This document shows positions 1 through 10,096 of a DNA stretch of 64,000 bases, piece by piece. Position 1 is the first letter of the stretch. The number at the start of each line of letters is the position of its first letter. Both the position numbers and the translations under genes were made by a program. Under the pieces are notes generated by a model. That model did no database searches and was not told where the DNA came from. It was given only the letters and a program-made list of their open reading frames with translations. The stretch comes from Gemmatimonas sp. (GTDB lineage Bacteria; Gemmatimonadota; Gemmatimonadetes; Gemmatimonadales; Gemmatimonadaceae): assembly GCA_965279375.1 (NCBI GenBank), contig OZ257156.1:1536001-1600000 (forward strand), in the 5' to 3' direction.

Positions 1-52
1 CAGCGGCGACCATGAGCAGGCAGGATGCGAACAGCGGGCTACGCTTCGTCAT
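1..52 (-). CDS. 5' end of a probable secreted protein running off the window (partial)
   Basis: Minus-strand ATG at 52-50 reads MTKRSPLFASCLLMVAA, a basic n-region followed by a hydrophobic h-region. The frame is open to the window edge and diverges from the next gene. Confidence 0.4.
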   Translation of the reverse strand, partial: MTKRSPLFASCLLMVAA

Positions 53-84
53 TTCACACCGTCCGACATCGAGGATAGGTTCGT

Positions 85-1518
85 GTGTTGCTGGTCGCGC
101 TCGATACGAAAGCGCCGGAGCACGCAGTGCGCTACTCGGCCGCGATGCCGAGCACGAGTTCGTCCAACTTTCGCGCATCTCTTGCACATCTCTCGCACAT
201 CCGAATCGTGACTGCGCCTGCACCGCTCAACCATACGTCGTGGTCGCTCCCGACGCGCGTCGCATTTCGCTTCGCGTTCGTGTACCTGATGCTGCAGATC
301 GCGCCGTGGACGTGGTTCGGGAATATTCCCGGACTTGGCGTCGTCCTCGCGCCGTACGATCAGTTGGTGGATTGGGCGGTCGGTATCGCGAATGCGCGAG
401 TCTTTCATGTGCGCGATACGCTGGTGCAGCCCAACGGCAGTGGCGATGCGTCGTGGGCGTGGGCGCAGCTCTGGCTGTATCTCGCGCTGGCCGCACTCGC
501 GACCACCATATGGAGCGTGGTCGATCGTCGACGCGCGGCGTATCCACGAGCGGCCTATTGGCTGCGCACGGTGGCACGCTACTACGTCGCGAGCGCAGCG
601 CTGAGCTACGGCATCATCAAGGTGTTCGCTCTGCAGATGGTCTTCCCGACGTACAGCAACCTCGCCACGTCGCTGGGTGACCTGCTGCCGATGCGGCTTT
701 CGTGGCTCTTCATCGGATACTCCACGCCGTATCAGGTCTATTCCGGCATCATGGAGATGATCGCCGGCATGCTGATGCTGTGGCGTCGTACGATGACGCT
801 CGGCCTCATTGTCGCCACCGCCGCGTTCGTGAACGTCGCGATGATCAACTACGCGTACGACGTGCCGGTGAAGCTGTACGCTACGCATCTATTGCTGGCG
901 TGCGTCTTCCTGCTGCTGCAGGATGCCAAGCGTCTGACGGCGATGCTGGTGCTCAATCAGAGCGCGGGGCCGACGACGCTCTACGATCCACCGCCGGCTG
1001 GCGTGCGCTTCACGTGGGCGCGACGTGTTGTGAAGGGCGCAATGGTCGTGATGTTCCTGGTGATGCCCACGATCAGCTCGTGGCAACGTGCGAACGTCAA
1101 GCCGGCCGTCGCATCGCCGCTCGCCGCCGGAGTGTACGATGTGACGCGCTTTGTGGTGCGCGGCGACACGCTCCCAGCCATCGTATCGGACACGGTGCGG
1201 TGGCGCGACTTCATCATCGACAACGCATCGCAAGGCAGCGTCGGCTCCACCGACACGCTGTTCTGGCAGCGCTATCGGCGCGGCTACTTCCGGTACAAGG
1301 CCGACACGGCGCGTCGTCAGATTGCCGTTTGGCGTACGTCGTTTCGTCAGGACAGCATCCCCGTCTTTACTGCCCGCTACGAGATCGTCGACGGCGGCAA
1401 GGCGCGCTTGTGGACCGCGCTGCGCGGTGATTCCGTATACGTGGAGCTCACACGTAGCGAGCGCCACTTCCAACTCGCCGAACGCCAGTTCCACTGGATC
1501 TCGGAATACAACCGCTGA
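85..1518 (+). CDS. DoxX-like multi-pass membrane protein with a C-terminal soluble beta domain
   Basis: Several hydrophobic helices; motifs NGSGD, YGIIKVFALQM, PMRLSWLFIGYS and INYAYDVPVKLY resemble DoxX-family membrane proteins. The true start may be downstream (ATG 145 or GTG 208). Confidence 0.65.
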   Translation: MLLVALDTKAPEHAVRYSAAMPSTSSSNFRASLAHLSHIRIVTAPAPLNHTSWSLPTRVAFRFAFVYLMLQIAPWTWFGNIPGLGVVLAPYDQLVDWAVGIANARVFHVRDTLVQPNGSGDASWAWAQLWLYLALAALATTIWSVVDRRRAAYPRAAYWLRTVARYYVASAALSYGIIKVFALQMVFPTYSNLATSLGDLLPMRLSWLFIGYSTPYQVYSGIMEMIAGMLMLWRRTMTLGLIVATAAFVNVAMINYAYDVPVKLYATHLLLACVFLLLQDAKRLTAMLVLNQSAGPTTLYDPPPAGVRFTWARRVVKGAMVVMFLVMPTISSWQRANVKPAVASPLAAGVYDVTRFVVRGDTLPAIVSDTVRWRDFIIDNASQGSVGSTDTLFWQRYRRGYFRYKADTARRQIAVWRTSFRQDSIPVFTARYEIVDGGKARLWTALRGDSVYVELTRSERHFQLAERQFHWISEYNR

Positions 1519-1530
1519 CGGAGCGTATCA

Positions 1531-1965
1531 ATGCAGATCTTTGCACGGCCATCGGAAGCGACAACGAAAGCCCTGCTGACCGCGGCGCACTTGCCCACCG
1601 ATGACCTGACGCCCGCGCACTTCGAGCATTTCCTTGGCGGCGGCTCGCCGGAGCATCCTTTGGGTGTCGTCGGTCTCGAGCTCTACGGCGAGACGGCGCT
1701 CTTGCGATCGCTGGTCGTGGCGGACTCGGCGCGTGGCACAGGATGCGGCAAGGCGTTGGTGGCGGCCGCCGAGTCGCACGCGCAGGCGCATGGTGTGCGC
1801 GACGTCTATCTGATCACCACGACCGCTGAGCCGTTCTTTGCGACGCTGGGCTATCAGCGGGCGGATCGTGCCGTGGTACCCGAGTCCATCCGACAGACGG
1901 CGCAGTTCGCCGGACTGTGCCCGGCGAGTGCTGCGGTGATGGCCAAATCGGTGTCGATGGAGTAG
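1531..1965 (+). CDS. GNAT N-acetyltransferase, ArsN2-like
   Basis: Acetyl-CoA motif LRSLVV...RGTGCGKALV, then YLITTTAEPFF and C-terminal QFAGLCPASAAVM typical of ArsN2/ArgA-like GNATs. GGAG RBS upstream. Confidence 0.75.
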   Translation: MQIFARPSEATTKALLTAAHLPTDDLTPAHFEHFLGGGSPEHPLGVVGLELYGETALLRSLVVADSARGTGCGKALVAAAESHAQAHGVRDVYLITTTAEPFFATLGYQRADRAVVPESIRQTAQFAGLCPASAAVMAKSVSME

Positions 1966-2009
1966 CTGCTGTCGCGCCGAGCCCGGCTTGGCGGTTTCTT
2001 TCGGGCGAC

Positions 2010-3356
2010 ATGGTGCACACGATCATCCGCTGGATTGGCCAGCGCGCGCTGCGGTGGTTCTATAGAGAGCGCCGCTTTATCGGGGGGGAGCGCATCCCCG
2101 CGTCCGGTCCCGTCCTGTTCATCGGCAACCACCGGAACGACATCCCCGACGTCCTGTGCGGCTTCATGATGACGCCGAGGCGACTGCGGTACGTGGGGAC
2201 GATCTCGGCGGCGACGTCGGCGCCGGCCAAGGCGGCGTACAGCGGGCTGGGGGTGATCCCCGTGGCGCGCGCCCGGGATGCCCGGAAGTTGCGCCAGCAG
2301 CAGATCGACGGATCGGCGCTGAACCTGGAGGCGTTTCAGCGTGTCGGCGACGCGCTCGCTGCGGGCGACATCGTCGGCATCTTCCCGGAGGGCGGTGTTC
2401 ACGATGGACCTTCGCTGGGTGTTTTTCGTTCAGGTGTCGCTAAGATGGCGCTTGATGGTATCGTAAGTGGCGCGATAAATAGACTGACAGTCATTGCGTT
2501 CGGCGTGCAGTACGATGCCCCCAGGACGCCGCGAAGCGACCTGTCCGTGCTGGTTGGTGAGCCATTCGTCGTGGATACGGACTCGCCGGCGGTCCTTCGC
2601 GAACGCATGCGCGACGCGCTGTTGGCGGTCACCCGCAACGCGCCCAGCTGGGAAGTGGCGCTCGAACGCGACCGCATCGTGGCTGCCATCGCCGCCTCCA
2701 TCACCGGCCCTGGCGACCTGCGGCTGACCGCCTGCGAAATCCAGCAACGCTGCTCCGCCATCGCCGAAGCCGCGCCCACCAATATCGGCGCGCTGGCAGC
2801 TGATCTCTCGGCGACCGTTGATCGGGCCGGCGGGATGCCTGTCTCACCGCGCGACTGCGCCCGCGTGATTGCCACCGCGGAGGAGGGCGAGGCTGATGGC
2901 GTACGCGCGAGTGCGGCCGCCGAGTGGCCCTCGTGGTTGGCGGTGGTCGCCGCCACGCCATTTGCAGTGCTCGGGTGGATCACGCACGGACCGATTTTTT
3001 CGTTCATCTGGCGTCGTGCGAGCGCGACGAAGGACCCAACCGAAATCGCGGCCCGCGCCATGATCCCGGGGCTCTACCTTATCTTTGGCTGGTACGTGCT
3101 GCTGGGCGCACTCTTCATGGTTGGGCTCGGTGCCACGGCGCATGCGGTCTGGTGGGGAGTGCCAGCCGTCATGCTTCTCCCGCGCCTCGGCGATGTGGCC
3201 GTCTGGTGGCGCGACGCGGTGCGGGCGATGCGCCTGCGTGGGCGCGTGAGGCGCTGGCCGGAACAGGAGCGCGCCGCCGTTCGTACCACCGCACGCGCCC
3301 TTCGCGCGGCGTGGCATTCCCATCTCTCGAGTGTTGCTGTGAAGGCTTTGACATGA
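2010..3356 (+). CDS. PlsC-family (lyso)phospholipid/glycerol acyltransferase with C-terminal TM helices
   Basis: HX4D motif NHRNDIPD and FPEGG motif. ATG at 2010. The stop overlaps the next start (ATGA). Confidence 0.8.
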   Translation: MVHTIIRWIGQRALRWFYRERRFIGGERIPASGPVLFIGNHRNDIPDVLCGFMMTPRRLRYVGTISAATSAPAKAAYSGLGVIPVARARDARKLRQQQIDGSALNLEAFQRVGDALAAGDIVGIFPEGGVHDGPSLGVFRSGVAKMALDGIVSGAINRLTVIAFGVQYDAPRTPRSDLSVLVGEPFVVDTDSPAVLRERMRDALLAVTRNAPSWEVALERDRIVAAIAASITGPGDLRLTACEIQQRCSAIAEAAPTNIGALAADLSATVDRAGGMPVSPRDCARVIATAEEGEADGVRASAAAEWPSWLAVVAATPFAVLGWITHGPIFSFIWRRASATKDPTEIAARAMIPGLYLIFGWYVLLGALFMVGLGATAHAVWWGVPAVMLLPRLGDVAVWWRDAVRAMRLRGRVRRWPEQERAAVRTTARALRAAWHSHLSSVAVKALT

Positions 3357-5404
3357 CGTTGCTCGCCGTTGGCAACGCCGGCGTGGAGTTTGGCGCGACG
3401 GAAATTTTCCGCGACATCACGTTCACTATTGGTGAACGCGATCGCTGGGCCGTCGTGGGACGCAACGGCACCGGCAAGACCACGCTGATCAAGCTGATCA
3501 CCGGACAGCTCACGCCGTCCAAGGGCACCATCACACGGCAGCCCGGCCTGCGCATCGCGCTGATGGATCAGCATCGCAAGTTCCCCGAAGACATGTCGCT
3601 CTGGGAGATCGTCGCGGGCGCCTTTGGCGAACTGCGCGACCTCGAGCACTCGCTCGCGGAGCAGTCGGCCAATCTAGAGCACGATCACGGCGAAGCGGCG
3701 ATGGCCAAGTACGGCCGCGATCTCGAGCGCTTCGAGCGCGAGGGTGGCTATCAGATGGCGGCCAAGGTGGACTCAGTGCTGATGGGCGTCGGCTTCGATC
3801 CCGAGGCAGCCAAGGTAACGCGCATCGGGACGTTGAGCGGTGGGGAGCGCGGACGTGTCGCACTCGCGCGTCAGCTCGCGACGCCCGCCGACATCCTGCT
3901 GCTCGACGAACCAACGAATCACCTCGATCTCGAAACGACGGCGTGGCTCGAGAACTATCTGCGCGAAACCGATCGCACGGTGCTGTGCATCAGCCACGAT
4001 CGTGCGTTTCTGGCGGAGATGGCGGACCACGTGTTGCACTTCGAAGGCGGCACCGCGTTCGCGTACACGGGTGGCTATGCGTCGTTCATTGCGCAGCGCG
4101 AAGAGCGTCGGCTCACGCAGCTCCGCCAGTTCGAGCAGCAGTCGAAGAAGATCGCGTCGGAAGAGCAATACATCGCGCGCAATCTCGCCGGACAGAACAC
4201 GCGTCAGGCGAAGGGTCGTCGCAAGCTGCTCGCACGCATGCCACGCCTCTCTGCGCCGATCGGTGCTGATTCAGTCATGGCGTTGCGTCTTGATTCGGGC
4301 GCGCGCAGCGGCGATCGCGTCATCGAGGCCGAGCATGTGGTGGTGGGTGTGGAAGGCGCCGAAGGACGGCGCGAGCTCATTCGCGACGTGAATGTCGTAC
4401 TCGAACGCGGCGAAGTGATCGCGTTGCTCGGCCCAAATGGCGCGGGCAAGAGCACGCTGATCAAGACGCTGCTCGAAGAGCATCCGGTGTTTGCGGGCCG
4501 TGTGAAGCGGGGGCCGTCCACCACCGTCGCGTACTACCGACAGGATCTCGCGCACCTGCCACTCGATGTGCCGATCTACGACGTCATCGCTGATCTGCGT
4601 CCGCTCTGGGAACGACGTCAGGTGCAGGGACATCTCGGACGATTTGGCTTCAGTGGCGACGAAGTGCAGCGCACCGTGGGCACGCTCTCGGGCGGCGAAC
4701 GTGCGCGTGTCGCGCTCGCGCTGCTGACACTCGAGTCGTCCAACCTGCTCATCCTCGACGAGCCGACGAATCATCTCGACGTCGAATCGATCGAAGCGAT
4801 GGAAGATGCCATCGAGGGCTACGAGGGGAGCATGGTGGTGGTCAGCCACGATCGTGCGGTGCTCCGCGGTGTTGCCACGCAGGTGTGGGAGCTGCGCGAT
4901 CGCAAGCTGCTCGTCTTCCCGGGCAGCTTTGTGGAGTGGGAAGCAGTGCGTGCGGAAGCGAAGGCCAAGGCCGAGCGAGACGCGCGCGAAGTGTCGGCGC
5001 GGGAAAGTGAGCGCAATGCGAAGGTACGTGCCGCCGCGAACGCGCAGGCAAACGCGGCGTCGCGCGCCAGCAAGGCCGACGCGAAGTCGCCGTCGGGGGG
5101 GAAGGGTCATGCAGCATCGCATACCTCCTCCGCCAAGATGCCCGCCGGCGAGGCGCGCAAGGCAGCACGGCAGGCCGAGAAGGAGCTGCATGACGCGGAG
5201 CTGCGCGTGAGTGTGCTGGAAGGACGTATCGCTGAACTCACGCGGACCCTCGAGGACACGACGCTGTATGACACGCCGGCCGGAACGCAGCGTGCGTATA
5301 CGCTCGGGCGCGAGCTCGACGATGCCAAGGACGAACTCGATGAGGCGGTCCACGACTGGAGCGCGGCCGCCGAGCGCGTGCAAGCCTTGAGTAGCGCACG
5401 GTAA
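3353..5404 (+). CDS. ABC-F family ATPase (Uup-like, with C-terminal coiled coil)
   Basis: Two NBDs (GRNGTGKT / GPNGAGKS, LSGGE twice, LDEPTNHLD twice), no TM segments, helical C-terminal domain. ATG at 3353 is coupled to the upstream stop. Confidence 0.9.
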   Translation: MTLLAVGNAGVEFGATEIFRDITFTIGERDRWAVVGRNGTGKTTLIKLITGQLTPSKGTITRQPGLRIALMDQHRKFPEDMSLWEIVAGAFGELRDLEHSLAEQSANLEHDHGEAAMAKYGRDLERFEREGGYQMAAKVDSVLMGVGFDPEAAKVTRIGTLSGGERGRVALARQLATPADILLLDEPTNHLDLETTAWLENYLRETDRTVLCISHDRAFLAEMADHVLHFEGGTAFAYTGGYASFIAQREERRLTQLRQFEQQSKKIASEEQYIARNLAGQNTRQAKGRRKLLARMPRLSAPIGADSVMALRLDSGARSGDRVIEAEHVVVGVEGAEGRRELIRDVNVVLERGEVIALLGPNGAGKSTLIKTLLEEHPVFAGRVKRGPSTTVAYYRQDLAHLPLDVPIYDVIADLRPLWERRQVQGHLGRFGFSGDEVQRTVGTLSGGERARVALALLTLESSNLLILDEPTNHLDVESIEAMEDAIEGYEGSMVVVSHDRAVLRGVATQVWELRDRKLLVFPGSFVEWEAVRAEAKAKAERDAREVSARESERNAKVRAAANAQANAASRASKADAKSPSGGKGHAASHTSSAKMPAGEARKAARQAEKELHDAELRVSVLEGRIAELTRTLEDTTLYDTPAGTQRAYTLGRELDDAKDELDEAVHDWSAAAERVQALSSAR

Positions 5405-5409
5405 CGACT

Positions 5410-5430
5410 GCGGAACGGCCACCGTTCCGC
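5410..5430. terminator. GC-rich hairpin just after the ABC-F stop (possible terminator or mRNA stabiliser)
   Basis: GCGGAACGG-CCA-CCGTTCCGC, perfect 9-bp stem. No U-tract, so function is uncertain. Confidence 0.4.
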
Positions 5431-5537
5431 TGCAACTCGTCCCTGTTGTCCCGCGTAGGATGTCGCGTACGGCGGCACAATGCGCATCGCCCGCCCGACG
5501 ATGTGTGTGTCCGCTTCGACTACTTTGCCCGCCCGCA

Positions 5538-7832
5538 ATGCATTCTTCCGCTCGCACGAACTCCGCGCTGCTGTGCGCACTGTTGACCGCGGCCGTCGCC
5601 GCTCCGCTGCAGGCGCAAACGATCCCGGTCGCAACGGCCGACAGCGCGCGCACTGTGCCTCATCGTGCGTTGCAAGAGCTCCTCGACGATGCGAGTCGGC
5701 GCAACGTGCTTCCGAGCTCGCTGATTTCGTACAAGTCGCAGGTGCAGACGGAGATTGCCGTGCTGCTGCGCCGCGAAGAGGGCACTGAGGCGGTGACGTT
5801 GGTGGAGCAGGTGGCCAGCGCACTCCGATGGACGCGGAGCGGCTACTACGATCAGCATGTGGTGGGCTATCGTGCACAACAGACGGGCGGCACGTTCTCG
5901 ATGCTGTCGGTCTTTCAGACGGGTTGGCTGCAGCCGGCGCTCTATGGCAATCGACTGCGCGTGACGCGGCGAACATCACCCGCGAGAACGGCCCGCGAAT
6001 CCGCGCGCGATGCGATGCGTTCGGCGTCGAGCGGTGGTTCGCAGAGCAGTCCGCAGGCCGTGTCGACTCGCGCCGACGGCGCGGACACGTTGCCCGCCGT
6101 GCATCCGCTGGCAACTGATCGCGCCACGTACTACCGCTACACTGGCGGCGATACGGTGGTCACCATGCAGGTCGGCGACCGACGCATTCCGATCGTGCAC
6201 GTGCGCGTGCAGCCGCGAGAGGATGTACGCAACCGCGTGCTGTTGTTCGATGGTGAGCTCGATCTCGATGCATCGCGCGGCGCGTTGGTGCGCATGCGCG
6301 GCAACTTCGTGCGGTTGAATGGTCCTCGCGGTCCGTTGGGGGGCAATCTCGTGGAAGCCGTCGCGTTCATCGAATACGAGAACGCCGAGCGACTCGGTGA
6401 ATACTGGCTCCCCGCCAAGCAACGCATCGAGCTGCAGGTCTCTTCACCCGTACTTGGTGATCAGCGCGCGGTGATTCGCATCGTGTCGCGCTTTGCACAG
6501 ATGGACGTGAATGACACGACGCTGAGTGCGGCGACATTGGCCACAGCTGACTCGACACGCTATGTCGGACGACGCAAGCTCAGCTTCGCCGCAGACGATT
6601 CGCTCAATCGCTTTGGCGACTGGCGCGGTGGCATCGGCGATCTGACGCAGGGCATGCACGCCGACGATTTCAACGACGTCGGACCGGATCGTTGGCGCAC
6701 CACGGGTGCACCGCGGCTCGACTACACTCTGCCGCGCGCCTCGGATGGCTTCCACTTCAATCGCGTGGAAGGCGTGTACACAGGCTTTGGAGTGAAAGCG
6801 TCGTTGCGCGATCTCGCGCCCGGCGTAGTGGTACGCGCGAACGCGGGTTGGGCGTGGGCCGAAGGCACAGCACGTGGTCGCCTGTCGGTGGAGCGTACGC
6901 GTGGTCCATGGACGATCGAAGCTCGGGGCGGCCGCTCGCTGGACAATACGAACGATTTCCGTGTCCCGTTCGACTCTGGTAGTACGTTCGGTGCGCTCTT
7001 CGGTTCGCAGGATCCGTACGACTACGTGGACCGCTCGAGCGCAACGCTGGCCGCGGTGCGCCGCATCGGCGCACGCAAGATGCTGGTACGCGCCGAGGCT
7101 GGCCTAGCCGACGATCGCTATCGTGCGTCGCAGTATGTGCGAGGTCCATTTGGTGGCGCGGCGTATCGCCCCAATCGCGGTATCGATGCTGGCAGTTATG
7201 TGCGTACCGCCGCCACCGTCGAGTGGCATCCGGACATCAGCGCTGAGTTCGTGCGGCCTGGATTGGGTGCGCGTCTGTACTACGAGCGTGGCGATGGAAC
7301 GCTGGCGTTTCAGCGCATCGAAGCGCGCATCGTCGGTCGTCGTCCGATCGGGCCGTTTGTCGCGGTCGCGCGAGGTGACGTAGGCACGGTGCTCGGTGAT
7401 CGCATTCCGGCGCAGCAACTCTTCGAACTCGGCAACCAACAGAATCTGCCCGGCTACGAAGACAAGGAGTTTGCCGGCACGCGTGCCGCGGTGTTGCGTG
7501 GTCAGTTGATGTACAACACCAAGTATCTGCAGCAGCCAATTCGACTCGGGCGCTTCTTCCTGCCGGCAGTTGCACCGAGTCTGAGCGTTGGTCTGCAGGG
7601 CGGTTGGACGGAGCTGCCAAACGCAGCGGCGCGGGCGGCCGCGCTTCGGCTCGGCGTGCAGCGTGATTCAGCCGGCGTGTTGCGCCCCGTCTCGCGCGCC
7701 ACGGACGGTGGACGCGCGAGTGTGTCTGCTGGCATGCGCTTCTTTGGCAGCGCGCTCTTTGTTGGAGCGACGCGCCCCGTGGATCATCCGGCCAAGTGGA
7801 AGGCGCAGGTGACGTTCGGTCAGCCCTGGTAA
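5538..7832 (+). CDS. Secreted/outer-membrane protein, probable C-terminal beta-barrel (DUF5686/Omp85-like hypothetical)
   Basis: Signal peptide ending APLQA-Q; FNRVEG motif; amphipathic beta-strands; LPGY..KEFAG loop; terminal aromatic residue (VTFGQPW). Confidence 0.6.
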   Translation: MHSSARTNSALLCALLTAAVAAPLQAQTIPVATADSARTVPHRALQELLDDASRRNVLPSSLISYKSQVQTEIAVLLRREEGTEAVTLVEQVASALRWTRSGYYDQHVVGYRAQQTGGTFSMLSVFQTGWLQPALYGNRLRVTRRTSPARTARESARDAMRSASSGGSQSSPQAVSTRADGADTLPAVHPLATDRATYYRYTGGDTVVTMQVGDRRIPIVHVRVQPREDVRNRVLLFDGELDLDASRGALVRMRGNFVRLNGPRGPLGGNLVEAVAFIEYENAERLGEYWLPAKQRIELQVSSPVLGDQRAVIRIVSRFAQMDVNDTTLSAATLATADSTRYVGRRKLSFAADDSLNRFGDWRGGIGDLTQGMHADDFNDVGPDRWRTTGAPRLDYTLPRASDGFHFNRVEGVYTGFGVKASLRDLAPGVVVRANAGWAWAEGTARGRLSVERTRGPWTIEARGGRSLDNTNDFRVPFDSGSTFGALFGSQDPYDYVDRSSATLAAVRRIGARKMLVRAEAGLADDRYRASQYVRGPFGGAAYRPNRGIDAGSYVRTAATVEWHPDISAEFVRPGLGARLYYERGDGTLAFQRIEARIVGRRPIGPFVAVARGDVGTVLGDRIPAQQLFELGNQQNLPGYEDKEFAGTRAAVLRGQLMYNTKYLQQPIRLGRFFLPAVAPSLSVGLQGGWTELPNAAARAAALRLGVQRDSAGVLRPVSRATDGGRASVSAGMRFFGSALFVGATRPVDHPAKWKAQVTFGQPW

Positions 7833-10096
7833 ACGCGGACGCGCGTGCGAGAGCGGATATCGGCAGATGACGCGCCGAACTCGAACTCCACCGTGTCCGC
7901 CTCCAGCGACCAGGCGTGTGTCTCGCTGTTCCAGTACCGCAGCAACGACGCAGGCACCACGAAGCGCACGACACGCTGCTGACCCGGCTCGAGTGTGATG
8001 CGACGGAAGCCGCGCAGATCCTTGATCGAGCGCGTGACCTTGGACCCCACATGACGTGCGTAGAGCTGCACCACTTCATCACCGCGCCGCGTGCCCGTGT
8101 TCTTCACGGTGACGCTGACGGTCACACTATCGCTGCGGCGCAGCGACGTGCGATTGACCGTCGGCGAGGCGTATGAGAACGATGTGTAGCTGAGTCCATG
8201 GCCGAACGGATAGAGCGGCGTACCGCGAAAGAATCGATACGTGCGTCCTTCCATGTCGTAATTGTCGAACGCGGGAATGTCATTGACGCTCTTGTAGAAC
8301 GTCACCGGTAGGCGACCTGCCGGATTGTACGTGCCGAAGAGCACGTCCGCGATGGCGGTGCCGCCAGCCTGCCCCGGATACCACGCATCGACGATCGCCG
8401 GCACGTGATCCTGCGCCCAGTTGACCGCCAGCGCACTGCCGTTGAGCAGCACGAGCACCGTCGGCTTGCCCAACGCCGCCACCTTCTCGAGCAGATGCTG
8501 CTGCGCGGGCGGGAGGTCGATCGTGGTGCGATCACCGCCGCGAAATCCATCGATCTGCACCGGCATCTCTTCGCCTTCGAGACGCGGCGTCAAGCCGAGG
8601 AACAGCACGACTGCATCCGCGGCCTGCGCCACGCGCACCGCTTCGGCTTCGAGTGAATCGGCCGATGCGGTCGGCGCCACCGGCGTGCCATTCCTTCTCG
8701 CGAGCTGCGCGGTGGAATCGAACGGCGGGAATCCCTGCGCCAGATCGGAGCCGCGCGCGTGCAGCACGCGCGTGGTGCTGCCCACGGCGGCGCGAATGCC
8801 CTGCAGTGGCGTGACCGGATGCGAGGGCTCGCCGTTGTAGTTACCAAGTAGCATCCGTGGCTCGTCCGCGTTGGGGCCGATGACGGCAATGGTGCCCAGC
8901 GTCTTTCGCAGCGGAAGCACGTTGCCGCTGTTCTTGAGCAGCACGATCGATTCGCGCGCTGCCTGCAGCGCGAGCTCCTGATGCGGCTTCGAGTCGAGGA
9001 TGCTGAATGGGGTGCTGCTCCACTTCACGCGCGACGGTGCATCGAACATGCCCAGCTTCATGCGCGCGAGGAACAGCCGCGTGAGCGATGTGTCGATGGT
9101 CGCTTCGCTGATGAGCCCCTGCGCCACCGACTGCACGAGATTCGGATACACGCGACCGCAGTCGAGATCAGTGCCGCTCTTGACCGCGCTCGCCGCGGCC
9201 GCCGCCGCGGTCGGTTCGGTCTTGTGGCGCAGATAAATGTCATCGATCGCGCCGCAGTCCGATACGATGTAGCCGTTGAACTTCCACTCGCTGCGAAGGA
9301 TGTCGCGGAGCATCGGATCGCTGGCGCAGGCCGCCTTGCCGTCGATGCGATTGTAGGCGCACATGAGCGAGTACGCGCGCGCCTCACGAATGCCCATCTC
9401 GAAGTGCGGCAGATAGGTCTCGCGCATGTCACGCTCGCTCACACGCGCATCGAACGCATGACGTTCGGGCTCAGGGCCGCTGTGAACTGCAAAGTGTTTG
9501 ACGGTCGCGATCGTCTTGAAGTACTTCGGATCGTTGCCCTGCAAGCCGCGGATGAACTGCACGCCGAGTCGACCGGTGAGATACGGATCTTCACCGTACG
9601 TCTCCTGCCCGCGCCCCCAGCGTGGATCGCGGAAGATGTTGATGTTGGGTGACCAGAACGTCAGTCCCTGATAGCGCGCGTGGGAGTTGTTGCGAATGTA
9701 CTCGTGATACTTGGCGCGTCCTTCGTCGGAGATCACCGTCGCGACGCGAAACATCAGTGCCTCGTCCCACGTGGCGGCCATGCCGATCGCCTGCGGAAAC
9801 ACCGTGGCCAGCCCCGAGCGCGCGACACCGTGCAACGCTTCGTTCCACCAGTTGTAGGCGGGGATGCCAAGGCGCTCGATGGCCGGTGCGACATCCTTCA
9901 TCTGCAGCACCTTCTCCTCGAGCGTCAGTCGACCCACGATATCGCGCGCCCGTGCTTCGAATGACAGCGACTCATCACGCCACGGCTCGCGCGCCGTTGC
10001 CTGCGCGTTCGCGGAGGCGCGGGGGATGAGCAACGCACCGCTCAGCAGACCGACAGCGACGACGACTCGCGCCGCACCACGCTCGAGGTATTGCAT
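7820..10096 (-). CDS. GH3 beta-xylosidase/glucosidase, secreted
   Basis: WWNEALHG, WSPNINIFRDPRWGRGQETYGEDP, KHFAVH, nucleophile motif IVSDCGAI, C-terminal Fn3-like domain. Signal peptide present. ATG at 10096 overlaps the upstream TGA. Confidence 0.92.
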   Translation of the reverse strand: MQYLERGAARVVVAVGLLSGALLIPRASANAQATAREPWRDESLSFEARARDIVGRLTLEEKVLQMKDVAPAIERLGIPAYNWWNEALHGVARSGLATVFPQAIGMAATWDEALMFRVATVISDEGRAKYHEYIRNNSHARYQGLTFWSPNINIFRDPRWGRGQETYGEDPYLTGRLGVQFIRGLQGNDPKYFKTIATVKHFAVHSGPEPERHAFDARVSERDMRETYLPHFEMGIREARAYSLMCAYNRIDGKAACASDPMLRDILRSEWKFNGYIVSDCGAIDDIYLRHKTEPTAAAAAASAVKSGTDLDCGRVYPNLVQSVAQGLISEATIDTSLTRLFLARMKLGMFDAPSRVKWSSTPFSILDSKPHQELALQAARESIVLLKNSGNVLPLRKTLGTIAVIGPNADEPRMLLGNYNGEPSHPVTPLQGIRAAVGSTTRVLHARGSDLAQGFPPFDSTAQLARRNGTPVAPTASADSLEAEAVRVAQAADAVVLFLGLTPRLEGEEMPVQIDGFRGGDRTTIDLPPAQQHLLEKVAALGKPTVLVLLNGSALAVNWAQDHVPAIVDAWYPGQAGGTAIADVLFGTYNPAGRLPVTFYKSVNDIPAFDNYDMEGRTYRFFRGTPLYPFGHGLSYTSFSYASPTVNRTSLRRSDSVTVSVTVKNTGTRRGDEVVQLYARHVGSKVTRSIKDLRGFRRITLEPGQQRVVRFVVPASLLRYWNSETHAWSLEADTVEFEFGASSADIRSRTRVRVYQG

